Source of the DNA: Macrostomum lignano
Lineage: Eukaryota
DNA: 64,000 bases
Assembly (NCBI GenBank): GCA_002269645.1
Contig: NIVC01003200.1
Coordinates: forward strand, 48,020 to 112,019
Direction: 5' to 3'
A program made the translations under genes and the position numbers. Positions 50,865 to 62,504 of this stretch are shown here, piece by piece; within the stretch, counting starts at the first letter, position 1, and every line of letters begins with the position of its first letter. Below the pieces are notes generated by a model, which ran no database searches, had not been told where the DNA came from, and saw only the letters and a program-made list of their open reading frames with translations.

Positions 50865-51197
50865 ACTTTAAGCGACATTGTCGCACAACCGGCGAGAGGC
50901 ATTGCTGCCCATTCCGCCGACTCCCCTGAGCAGGCACACAAGCGCGCGGATACGTACGCAGTCATACGCACAGGCACATACTCACACAGGAGTGCGCAGC
51001 GGCCCTAACTTTATATTATCGTTAGGCATGTACACTTCACTGCGCCTTGGGGGTTGGCCATCAAGGGCGTCAATTGCACGAGCAGAGCCAAGCCGAGATT
51101 CCAATTCAGCCGCAGAATCAATGTGACTGCACTTGGAATCGAGCCTGGGCCGCTGGCACATCAGAGCGTCGCACTGGACCACTGGGCTACCCCCCCC
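50865..51197 (-). mobile_element. tRNA-derived SINE, second family, copy 1
   Basis: Minus strand has A-box TAGCCCAGTGG and B-box GGCTCGATTCC; body aligns by eye with 57030-57290. Confidence 0.8.
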
Positions 51198-51664
51198 CAA
51201 GACATCGACATGGTTTAGACAATATTTCCACCGTCTGTTTCTGACACTGTGAAGTCTCTGACGGTGTGAAGCGATGCGTTACCAAAACTACCATTACTAC
51301 AGCATATAACTTATTGTTGAGCGAGTCCAGATGATGCCTAGTAAGAAAATAAACGCCAACAGAAACATTTGGTTTCCTATTTTGGAAAAAAACAAAGCGA
51401 CATCTGCACACTAGAGCTGAGGAACACTGGCTAAAAAACTCTGCTATTAATGACTATTTGTTAGTTTGTAAAAAGTTTAGCAACATGGGAACCGATTCAG
51501 CTATTGACCATAAGCTTAAAATTATTGAAGCAATGGGTTGGAGCGTGAGCTCAGAGTACTGTGAGCAGTACAGTCTGTTCTATCTCGGTACATTCTACTA
51601 TCTAGCTAACTGACACGTCCTTAATCTCATTAAAGGCCAACAAAAATTCAAATAACATCCTTAC

Positions 51665-52216
51665 GTATATCATCGGACAGAGAGATGATCAGCTGCGGCA
51701 TTATAGTGCAACCTTTCACCGCTTCTAGGTCTTCGATCGAGTGCACCAGAAGCGGGTCGCAATATCTGGCGCAATTTCTAGCATCGGCGCACTTTGAGCA
51801 CACCTGACCGTCACTCACGGCGTAGCCAAGCGGACAGGCCTGCACGCAGGTGCCATTGAATAGCTTCATCGTGGTGCGCTCGATTACTGACAGGGTGTTA
51901 GATGAGGACCGGATGCTGGACATGCTGAATCTGGTCACGCAGTCGCTGGTCGAATGCACACCCAGTCCCTATAGGACACGTAGCCAGCTGGGCAGCGGTC
52001 AACGCAAGCCCCATTGAGTCTGTAGCCTTTGCAGGCGGCGCAGCCTCTGTTGGTGACATTGTAACAGCCGCCCAGGCAGGCAGATGGACAGCAGGTCTTG
52101 CTGTAGTCGCCGCCCGCTGACGAACTGACTAAGCAGCCGCCGCTCCGCAGGCTGCACTGCACAGCTTCTGGCAGAATGACAGACTCCAACAGTGCTCAGG
52201 GTTGGGGCACTTGGGC
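51665..52216 (-). CDS. INSR: Insulin/IGF receptor: furin-like Cys-rich domain and start of L2 (two -1 frameshifts near 52144 and 51953)
   Basis: HCWSLSFCQKLC / CCPSACLGGC...CAACKGY..NGACVDRCP.GY..YRDWVC / CVQACPLGY...HSIEDLEAVKGCTI lie in three different frames; acceptor cgcAG, donor GTAAGG. Confidence 0.9.
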
Positions 52217-53139
52217 CTGCGAGATTGATAGGTGCGGTGGTAAGGAACTGATTAATTACCGTTGCTGAGCACTAATCAGGCTGCCAATCATTCATGGGGT
52301 TGGCGGCCAAGCAACTGACTCTTATGGTCTTATGAGCAAAATTGCCTCAGCGCTGTGCTAGGGTGCCCGACTGTCCTCCTGCAAATATTAATTTCATAAA
52401 CGCAAAGTTTTGTCCGCAGGCGTAGCCACAGGCAAAACAGAAGCAATATCGACAGATTCAAAGGTTTCCCTAAGCTGGCATTCAACTTCCTGGCCTTGGG
52501 GCCTCCAGACAGAGGGGAAAGCCACCCGAACTTGAACAGTTCTGCGCTGTGTACTTTTATACACAATAAGACGCGAGTTCATTGCGTTTTTACTCGAAGC
52601 AAGCTGGGACTCTAATTGAAATCAGAATCCTAACTGATGCAGCTATGCAAATAGGAGGCCTTGCAAAAGAGACCGGAAGCCCTATATGTTAGCTAGGCAA
52701 GGGTAGGACACGCGCCGAGCAATCTAGCTCAAATGTCGATCGCGACGAGACTAACAGATGGCTGAATAACATACTCACAGAAAATTCTTCTCCCTATATA
52801 TTTCTATTGCTGTCTAATAATTGCTTATCTGGGGCAAGTTGAGACAGGAAAACCTGGGGGAGGGGGTTGGGGCAGTCTAACTGAGCTCTACGATTCGTCA
52901 ATAAAAAGCTGACAGTCCATCTGATCTCTAGAGAAATCCTACCTTCACCTTATCTATCATCTAGCCATATTGATTGCATTCTTGGCGGCGGAATAAGAAC
53001 CGGATTAGAAGTTCAAGTAAAATCTTTGCTGAGATATCGTATCATAAAATAGACTTTTATTAGACTGCAAAACTATAAATCCTTCTAAAGCTCAAGTTGT
53101 AAAATTAAACCATCTTGAAGCTTCGAGCTGCAAAACTAA

Positions 53140-53700
53140 ATCCTCCTTAAGATTTAGACTGTAAGATTTAAGTCTGTAAGATTTAAGTCCTCCTAAAGCT
53201 TCACACTGCGAAACTAAATCCTCCTAAAGCTTCACACTGCGAACTAAATAAATCCTCCTAAAGCTTCAGACTGCGAAACTAAATTCTCCTAAAGCTTCAC
53301 ACTGCGAAACTAAATCCTCCTAAAGCTTTACATTGCGAAACTAAATCCTCCTAAAGCTTCACACTGCGAAACTAAATCCTCTAAGCTTCAGACCGCAAAA
53401 CTAAATCCTCCTAAAGCTTAACTGCGAAACTAAATCCCCCTAAAGCTTCACACTGCGAAACTAAATCCCCTAAAGCTTCACACTGCGAAACTAAATAAAT
53501 CCCCTAAAGCTTCACACTGCGAAACTAAATCCTCCTAAAGCTCCACACTGCGAAACTAAATAAATCCCCCTAAAGCTTCACACTGCGAAACTAAATCCTC
53601 CTAAAGCTCCACACTGCGAAACTAAATAAATCCTCCCAAAGCTTCACACTGCGAAACTAAAAATCCTCCTAAAGCTTCAGAGTCAGACTGCAAAACTAAA
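53140..53700. repeat. 30-35 nt minisatellite (AAAGCTTCACACTGCGAAACTAAATCCTCCT)
   Basis: Tandem periodicity. Confidence 0.92.
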
Positions 53701-54264
53701 CTATACAGACTAAACCCTATATAGGCTTAAAATGAAAAACTTTTTGTCATGAACAATTCTGAGCCCATAAGCCAGCGGAGCTAAAAGCCATAAGCGCCAT
53801 CATCATCGTTGTGCATCGTCAGTCGCCAACTCCCCTTTCCCAACCGTTTCCTCACTTAAGCCTGTGCGTTTGTTTCTCTGTCATGCGTTCGTGTCGATTG
53901 CATCAATGCAATACCCATACTGCCGTGTAGGCCAGTGCACAGCCACATGCCCATTGCAAAGTCACTTAGGCGCGCATAAATGATTGAATGAAAAAAATTA
54001 AGTGAGCGATATAGGGGCAGGGCAGTGGCAGGGGATAGCACCACCCTACCAGTGTATTAACTGTTTTAAGAGCAAAATTCATGCAATGACAAAGTATAAA
54101 TCAATAATGACTAGTAATGACTAAGCATATTTATATTGATTTTTCAGACTGCAAAGACAGACAATTCAATGCGGGTATTAAAGTCTATAAGCCCAAAAAT
54201 GGATTAGCAATGTTCCTCAATGGGGTTTTTAATGTTCCAAATATTCAATAGGAGTTTTATATCC

Positions 54265-54625
54265 TAGGATCCTCAATGCGATTTTATTGTCCCCGATCCA
54301 TAATTGGATTCTGATGTCCCAGATCCTCAATGCGATTCCAATATCTCGGTATCCTCAATGGGATTCTAATGTCGCAGATCCTCAATGGGATTCTAATGTC
54401 CCAGATCCTCAATGGGATTCTAATGTCCCAGATCCTCAATGGGATTATAATGTCCCAGCTACTCAATGGGATTCTAATGTCCCCGGATCCTTGATGGGAT
54501 TATAATGTCCCAGCTACTCAATGGGATTCTAATTCCCCGGATCCTCAATGGGACTATATTGTCCCAGATCATTAATGGGATTGTCCCAGATCCTTAATAA
54601 GATTCTAATATCCCAGCTACTCAAT
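54265..54625. repeat. 27-nt minisatellite (GATCCTCAATGGGATTCTAATGTCCCA)
   Basis: Tandem periodicity, degenerate edges. Confidence 0.88.
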
Positions 54626-55194
54626 AGGATCTTAGAAATTTCGGCATTTTCATGAGGATTTTCAATGACGGGCGTTGTCAGAGCCCCAACAAGTTTGTAA
54701 TGCATGCAAAGGGGTGAATTTTATTGCTTGGGAAACTCTTCCCAAACGAACACACGGTGACAGGATGATTGATCAGCTAAAACCCTAGCCAAATAATCGA
54801 ATTGAATGGACCAGTCTTAGTGGCGCATTTTGTAAATCCCTCGCCTCGGGCTTAGTCTTGAATTTTAAGTCACGTGACCCATAAGTTCATTACCAGCTGT
54901 CTTATAAATTGGTGTCAGCAGCGAGTTGGCAAATTTTGCATTGCGACCCAAGATGAACTTTTTATTACAGTACAGTCCTCTACGAGTACATGTGCACTCG
55001 AAATGCACTGAACTGATTGCAGTTTTTGATTAATAAAAATGGAGATACAGAGACTGCCCGGAATATTTTCTGTAGGACGAGGACGCTCTTCTCTTAATTG
55101 GCCATTTTTCAGAAGCACTCGGCATTCTCGATGACCAGCCGGAATTCTCTCTTACCCCAAACAAAATCATCGAAACCCACACTGGTAATTTTCT

Positions 55195-55830
55195 TAACAC
55201 ACCCTAAATCTGCTAAAACACACCCTAAATCTGCTAAAACACACCCTAAATCTGCTAAAAACACCCTAAATCTGCTAAAAACACCCTAAATCTGCTAAAA
55301 ACACACCCTAAATCTGCTAAAAACACCCTAAATCTGCTAAAAACACCCTAAATCTGCTAAAAACACCCTAAATCTGCTAAAACACACCCAAAATCTGCTA
55401 AAACACACCCAAAAATCTGCTAAAAACACCCTAAATCTGCTAAAAACACCCTAAATCTGCTAAAACACACCCAAAATCTGCTAAAAACACCCTAAATCTG
55501 CTAAAAACACCCTAAATCTGCTAAAAAACACCTAAATCTGCTAAAAACACCCTAAATCTGCTAAAAACACGCCTAAATCTGCTAAAACACACCCAAAATC
55601 TGCTAAAAACATCCTAAATCTGCTAAAAACACCCTAAATCTGCTAAAAATACCCTAAATCTGCTAAAAAACACCCTAAATCTGCTAAAAACACCCTAAAT
55701 CTGCTAAAAACACCCTAAATCTGCTAAAAACACCCTAAATCTGCTAAAAACACCCTAAATCTGCTAAAAACTCCCTAAATCTGCTAAAAACACCCTAAAT
55801 CTGCTAAAAACACCCTAAATCTGCTAAACA
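55195..55830. repeat. 20-22 nt minisatellite (AAACACCCTAAATCTGCTAA)
   Basis: Tandem periodicity. Confidence 0.95.
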
Positions 55831-56008
55831 CCTTCCAAATAAATGGAATTCTCTAGACACATATCAAATAAACACACTAAACTAAAGACAAAACACACCA
55901 AGTCGCTAAACACCCACACACTAAATCTCCTAAAGCATCTTCTAAAGCCCTTAGACATTTTGAAGGCTCCGCAAATCAGCAAACCGTTGTCGCGCTATCT
56001 CCACTCAC

Positions 56009-56232
56009 TTGTAGACGATCTTAGTTCGATCTGATGCCTCCTCTTTCTTCCAATCACCTGGACAGACGTCTCTGCACAGAGTTTTATCGGGCACGTTGTG
56101 AAAATTGGTTTTATATCCCGGGCTGAGTATAGCCGAGAAGTTTCACGACGATCTGTAGTAGCAGAGCTTCGGCGCGCTCTCGACCCGAATGCCGCCCCGA
56201 TAAATGCGTCGCAAATTCGGCAGAGCCATGTC
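56009..56232 (-). CDS. INSR: Insulin/IGF receptor: end of L1 and start of Cys-rich domain (in-frame TGA at 56143-56145)
   Basis: ctcAG|DMALPNLRRIYRGGIRVESAPKLCYYRSS*NFSAIL...CRDVCPG...; donor GTGAGT, phase 2, joins the next exon. Confidence 0.88.
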
Positions 56233-56394
56233 CTGAGTTATAATTGAGATGGAATTTTGCATTTTATTGAGTCTCTTGGCCTGCTAAAATATTACTCATT
56301 TTACATATCATAAGCAACTATAAAAATATCGTTGATCTTAAACATTTCATTGTCAAACTAAACAAATTATAGAGGCAATCACGACCTGAATCAT

Positions 56395-56990
56395 AGCACT
56401 TCTATGATCAACTGCTGAAAGTTCATTGGAGCTTCTATGACCAACTGCTGAAAGATCATTGGAGCTTCTATGACCAACTGCTGAAAGATCATTGGAGCTT
56501 CTATGACCAAATGCTAAAATCCCATAGGAGCTTCTATGACCAACTGCTAAAATCCCATAGGAGCTTCTATGACCAACTGCTAAAATCCCATAGGAGCTTC
56601 TATGACCAACTGCTAAAACCCTATTGGAGCTTCTATGACCAACTGCTGAAAGTTCATTGGAGCTTCTATGACCAACTGCTGAAAGTTCATTGGAGCTTCT
56701 ATGACCAACTGCTGAAAGATCATTGGAGCTTCTATGACCAACTGCTGAAAGTTCATTGGAGCTTCTATGACCAATTGCTAAAATCCCATAGGAGCTTCTA
56801 TGACCAACTGCTGAAAGTTCATTGGAGCTTCTATGACTAACTGCTAACATCCCATTGGAGCTTCTATGACCAACTGCTAAAATCCCATTGGAGATTCTAT
56901 GAGCAACTGCTAAAATTTCATTGGAGCTTCTATGAGCAACTACTAAAATCACTTTGGAGCTTCTATGACCAACTGCTGAAAGTTCATAGT
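56395..56990. repeat. 33-nt minisatellite (GGAGCTTCTATGACCAACTGCTGAAAGTTCATT)
   Basis: Tandem periodicity. Confidence 0.94.
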
Positions 56991-57029
56991 TGATAATATT
57001 ATGTAAGCACCAATTTATCGCTAAAGCCA

Positions 57030-57290
57030 GGGGGAGCGTAGCCCAGAGGTCTAGCGCGGCGCTCTGATGTGCTAGCGGCCCAGGCTCGATTCCAAGTGCA
57101 GTCACATTGAGTTGGGGCTAAATTGGAATCTCGGCTTGGCTCTGCTCGTGCAATTGACGCCATTGAGGCCCAACCCCTACCCCAAGGCACAGTGAAGTGT
57201 ACATGCCTAAAGATAAATAAAGTCAGGGCTGCTGTACACTCCTGTGTGAGTGTGTGCCTGTGCATGCTCAGGGGAGTCAGGATGCCATAC
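57030..57290 (+). mobile_element. tRNA-derived SINE, second family, copy 2
   Basis: TAGCCCAGAGG A-box and GGCTCGATTCC B-box; reverse complement of 50920-51197. Confidence 0.8.
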
Positions 57291-57325
57291 CACAAAAAAT
57301 ACCAAATTAAAAGGCAGGCTCCTAC

Positions 57326-57600
57326 CTGGAGGTCGGGCAAATCGAAAATCACCAAAGCGTAGCTGTCGTGAGTGGCCAGGCCGCGGATCACGGTGAGCTG
57401 GGGAAACAGCTGGGCCAATGTGGTGAGGTTGCGCAGCCGGTACAGCACCAGGAAGCCGGATATTTCGCGCAGATGAGGGAAACTCACGGCCCCGTTCATG
57501 TCTATGATGCTGAGCACTACATTGCCGTCTACGGCTGTGCAATTAAAGAACGTCTGCGCTTTCCCTACGGGCGACATTGTCATGCTGATGGAGTTGCAGA
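57326..57600 (-). CDS. INSR: Insulin/IGF receptor: L1 domain exon (first identified exon)
   Basis: ccgcAG phase 1. NCTAVDGNV...FPHLREISGFLVLYR...LAQLFPQLTVIRG...YALVIFDLPDLQ|GTAGGA matches IR L1. Confidence 0.94.
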
Positions 57601-57729
57601 CTGCGGGTGGTTGGTTAAATTAGTACGCAATTTTGCATCATCTATCGGAGGAAAATGCTTAGTTACTAAAAGGGATAACTTTTTGAGTTGCTGCTCAGAA
57701 AGGTGCTTGGTCAAGTTTCAAATGGAGGG

Positions 57730-58965
57730 ATGCTGAGATGCCAATTGGCTCAATGGGGAGTTGCTGAGATGCCAATTGGCTCAATGGGGAGTTGATGAGA
57801 TGCCAATTGGCTCAATGGGGAGTTGCTGAGATGCCAATTGGCTCAATGGAGAGTTCCTGAGATGCCAATTGGCTCAATGGGGAGTTCCTGAGATGCCAAT
57901 TGGCTCAATGGGGAGTTGCTGAGATGCCAATTGGCTCAATAGGGAGTTGATGAGATGTCATGGCTCAATGGGGAGTTGATGAGATGCCAATTGGCTCAAT
58001 GGGGAGTTGATGAGATGCCAATTGGCTCAATGGGGAGTTGATGAGATGCCAATTGGCTCAATGGGGAGTTGATGAGATGCCAATTGGCTCAATGGGGAGT
58101 TGCTGAGATGCCAATTGGCTCAATGGAGAGTTGCTGAGATGCCAATTGGCTCAATGGGGAGTTGCTGAGATGCCAATTGGCTCAATGGGGAGTTGCTAAG
58201 ATGCCAATTGGCTCAATGGGGAGTTGCTGAGATGCCAATTGACTCAATGGGGAGTTGCTGAGATGCCAATTGGCTCAATGGGGAGTTGCTGAGGTGCCAT
58301 GGCTCAAGGGGGAGTTGCTGAGGTGCCATGGCTCAAGGGGAGTTGCTGAGATGCCATGGCGCAATGGGGAGTTGCTGAGATGCCAATTGGCTCAATGGGG
58401 AGTTGCTGAGATGCCAATTGGCTCAATGGGGAGTTGCTGAGATGCCAATTGGCTCAATGGGGAGTTGCTGAGGTGCCATGGCTCAAGGGGGAGTTGCTGA
58501 GGTGCCATGGCTCAATGGGGAGTTGCTGAGATGCCATGGCTCAATGGGGAGTTGCTGAGATGCCATGGCTCAATGGGAGTTGCTGAGATGCCAATTGACT
58601 TAATGGGGAGTTGCTGAGGTGCCATGGCTCAAGGGGGAGTTGCTGTGGCTGAGATACCATGGCTCAATGGGAGTTGCTGTGGCTGAGATGCCATGGCTCA
58701 ATGGGAGTTGCTGTGGCTGAGATGCCATGGCTCAATGGGGAGTTGCTGAAATGCCATGTCTTAATGGGGGAGTTGCTGAGATGCCATGGCTCAAGGGGAG
58801 TTGCTGAGGTGCCAATTGGCTCAATGGGGAGTTGCTGAGATCCCATGACTCAATGGGGAGTTGCTGAGATGCCAATTGGCTCAATGGGGAGTTGCTGAAA
58901 TGCCATGGCTCAAAGGGGAGTTGCTGAGATGCCAATTGGCTCAAGGGGGAGTTGCTGAAATCTGA
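57730..58965. repeat. 29-31 nt minisatellite (GGGGAGTTGCTGAGATGCCA[AT]TGGCTCAAT)
   Basis: About 40 units. Confidence 0.96.
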
Positions 58966-60045
58966 AATCAAGTGCATTTATAGTCCAAATCCATCCAGGA
59001 TACCAATATTAAAGGTAACGAGTCATGATATACAAGGTTAATATTACTTATTTACACATCCTAATAGCAAAGAATAGACTTTTTGGTGAATTACCAATAA
59101 TATTTAAAAACTACTAATAACATTTTCACAAAAAACAAATATAAATATAAAAATATAAAATTCTCAATAGGATAAGAAAGAAACTTACTTTTTCCATCTC
59201 CACATCTGACACCACAGAAAAGCAAACTAAGAAACAAGATTATTGATTTGTAGAGCAGGCTTGGCTTGTCTACATTTGAGTAGAGCCTGCAAAATGATAA
59301 GAAAAGTAATCAAGTTAAATTGTTCTTGAATATTAACTTTATCTTCATAAGATCAATATTGACCTCATGTAAAATAATTGCAATTTGTTTCAATAATGTT
59401 TTAATCCAATAAATATAAGCTACAGGACAATTAAATGCATGAGTATAAATATAAATAAACTTCTAATCAATTTTCCTATATTTTATATAGGTATAAATAA
59501 GTATATTATTTAATAATACCTAATTGCTTTAATATTAATGACTTTATATTTAAAAATATATATTTTACATTTAAAAAGTATCTTTTTTTAAATTCCTAAA
59601 AAATATAATTCAAAATACATCTTTCAATATTGAATATATATCTTAAAGCATTTAAACTAAGGCTTAGTAAATTGCTGCTAAAAACAGAATTGTGAAATAA
59701 AAAATATAAGTAGAGTTAGACTTAAAGATTTATAGCTTTGGCCTTTTTAAACTTTAGGTACATATAAATATATGTCAATGCCAAGTAGATGTATGCTAAT
59801 GCTAAGCAGATGTATACCAATGCCAAAAACAATTGTTTAAAGTAATTGATAAAGCATAGCTACTAAAAACAAATAATTTAATGTTTTAAAAATAAATAAA
59901 TAAAATATATTTATTTCTAAAAATGATAACACCTAAGTCCTAAGTCCTAATTAATTGTTAAACTATTATTTAACATTGTCATAAAATAACAATAATGTAG
60001 ATCTAAAAAATCATAAATGATCATATATGCCATGCATATATACTG

Positions 60046-60500
60046 GTATAAGACCAAGATACCCACATACTAAGATGGCCACAACATTAAATATCTATAT
60101 ATATCTACTCTTTTTACCATTAATTTGCAACTTAAATAGAGCTCTATTGTTTGGTAGATTTAATTATTATGTTTATAATCGATCATATTAATAAATACTG
60201 ATGCAATAATAGATTTGAAACTAATTTAAATACCTTTACCTATTCTAGGCTATATTACAAAAACTAATCTTTTTTAGTGTTGTTGCCAATTTATTCCCTA
60301 TCTTACATTTATCAAATTTATCACTATCAGTTTATCAAGAAATCATTGCTAGTGGTAATGTTATGCAAAAATTGTAATAAATATGCAACAGGGTATCTAT
60401 TTTGTGCTAGCCTACTTGCTTTATTTAGTGGATAAATAGGCCTTTCTATCTATACTATAGACTAGGCTAGGCCTACAATAAAACCTAAAGCCAAAAGGAA
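60046..60500 (+). mobile_element. Truncated, diverged copy of the 14333-14939 MITE
   Basis: AAGACCAAGAT..CCACA.AC.AAGATGGCCACAACATT and ATGCAATAATAGATTTGAAACTAATT are shared; right TIR not seen. Confidence 0.75.
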
Positions 60501-62167
60501 TATTTATAATTCCTTTGTAGCTTCTATCTCCATAAGACTTGAAGATCTAAATCTAATACAAATTATTACCAATAGAAAATAAATGAAATATACAGAAAGC
60601 CAACCAAGCCATGTTCATTAGGCCCTTAAGCCTTGCCTTTAGGCTTTTCATTTTTAACAAGTCGCTACAAGCATATGACAAAAAAAAGTTACTATTCACG
60701 ACAGGTTTGCTTTAATCAAATTCACACTTATAGTTAATACTCATTTTTAGGATATAGGATCTTTTCATACTTTCAGTTTTTGATTATGTGAACTGAAGCC
60801 AATAATTTTCAGTTCATTCAGATTCAGTCAGTCTGTAACACTTTTCTATGAAAAAGTTTTTTTAAGCGGCTGCTTTTATCATTTAAAAATATTAACAAGT
60901 ATAGTTAGCGTTCTTGCTTTATGCGAGTAGAATCCTTGCACTTAAAAATTCGCATAAACGGAGTAGTTCTGTATATTTTATAAATATACAAAGCAAATAA
61001 TTAGCATCAATAATAAATTCTACGGTTTTCTTTATTGTAATTAAATGAGCACACGCTCTGCTATCGATAGTTTGTACAAATAGCAGCAAAAATGCTACGA
61101 GCAGGCTAAAGGGAGATTTGTAGGTCCCGCACCATCTGTTGTAGAGTTACGGATGTTCGTAAGGAGTTCGGAAAATTTTATATTGAAGAATCATAAAATT
61201 AGAGAAAAATGGATTATGTAGACGTTAGTTAACTTGTAGTTCTAACTTAAACAGAAACTGGTGACGGATGCGAAAAGGCTGATCATTAGTAGTGACACGT
61301 CAAACGAGAATTCTTTACAAATTTAAGAATGTGGTGACAACACCATCAATTTTCTGGCTGCAGCAACACTCGGTATTAACTATTAACCAACTTAACAATT
61401 CACAAATATGTTGCTTGAATTTCACTGACTTGGAAACAAGAATCTATAAAGTTAAATAGGACAGAGTGCAGTGGTTCAGTGGAAGTTTTGCTTTTTTCTA
61501 GATTTTAAAGCCTCTTCAAGGCACTGTAAATACTCGTATACTTTCACACTACATGTAATTTCTGTAATAATACTCCCTTTAGTATAAATGTAAGGGTACA
61601 TACATGTAGATCTATTAAAAAATTATTTAAGGCAACATTTGTCTTAGCACTCATTTGTGAACTCTGAATGAATCATATACGTACATGCACAGTCCGTCAG
61701 AACCAAAATATCAAAATGCATATCAATCAGGTAATTTTTCAATCCATTATATATTGTTATTATTTAACTACAAAATGGAACAGTAATATAATAAAGCTTT
61801 TCTAATACATAGAAAAGCTTTATTTAGAGCAAAAGTCAATCGATATGGTATGCACTTGTATGCAATTATTATCATAGCGAAAAGCGAACAAATAGAGTGC
61901 GCTGAAAAATGTCCAGCAGAGTAAAGGCTAGCGATGATTAATATAAAATATTTGTCCCTTTATTGGACTGGAAGTTAAACGTTAAAGAGTACAATTGGAT
62001 AATATAATACAAAATCGAAGCAAATACTGGATAAAAAATATGCTTAAATGGAAGCTAGACTCTCAGACTTAGACGTGAAGCTTAGGCTGTATACAATATA
62101 TATATATTGTTACTTGGAATTTTTGGTGTTTTTGTTTCGGCAAATCCTTCAGTCTCGCTAGTCTCGC

Positions 62168-62403
62168 TTAGCCAAGACAGTAGCAGCGGCCGCGACTGCT
62201 CCCGGGATCATTGGCGGTGCTCACCCCGGCAGCAGACGATGGTGCACCTTGACCTCCGCTGCCCAAAGCGAACGCCTGCTGTTGCGACAGCTGATTGTTC
62301 GCTCCGGCGCCGCCTTTGATAAAATCTTCGGCTACGCGTCGAAACAGAATGTCTACGTTTTCGCCCGTTTTGCTGGACGTCTCAATTGACAGGGCGCCAA
62401 CGC
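62168..62403 (-). CDS. RAB24: Rab24-like small GTPase, last coding exon (gene continues beyond the window)
   Basis: cccAG phase 1. VGALSIETSSKTGENVDILFRRVAEDF (G5 box; human Rab24 reads [21 protein letters not shown])...RGRCYCLG*. Confidence 0.8.
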
Positions 62404-62504
62404 CTGGGTGACAAGGGTGAGCGAGCTGCGTGCTAAGCTGCAGGATGTCATGGGGCAGTTTTCTAGGAACAAGTGGTCAAACACTTTCCAGGATAAGCTC
62501 GGGA

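Noticed and set aside
52330-52566. 78-aa ORF with a hydrophobic stretch as an alternative first exon
   Set aside because: Lies downstream of the L1 exons and has no convincing donor; cannot be supported.
56143-56145. Selenocysteine recoding of the receptor TGA
   Set aside because: The position aligns to a Val/Ile-type residue, not Cys; no SECIS identified; neighbouring exons have indel lesions.
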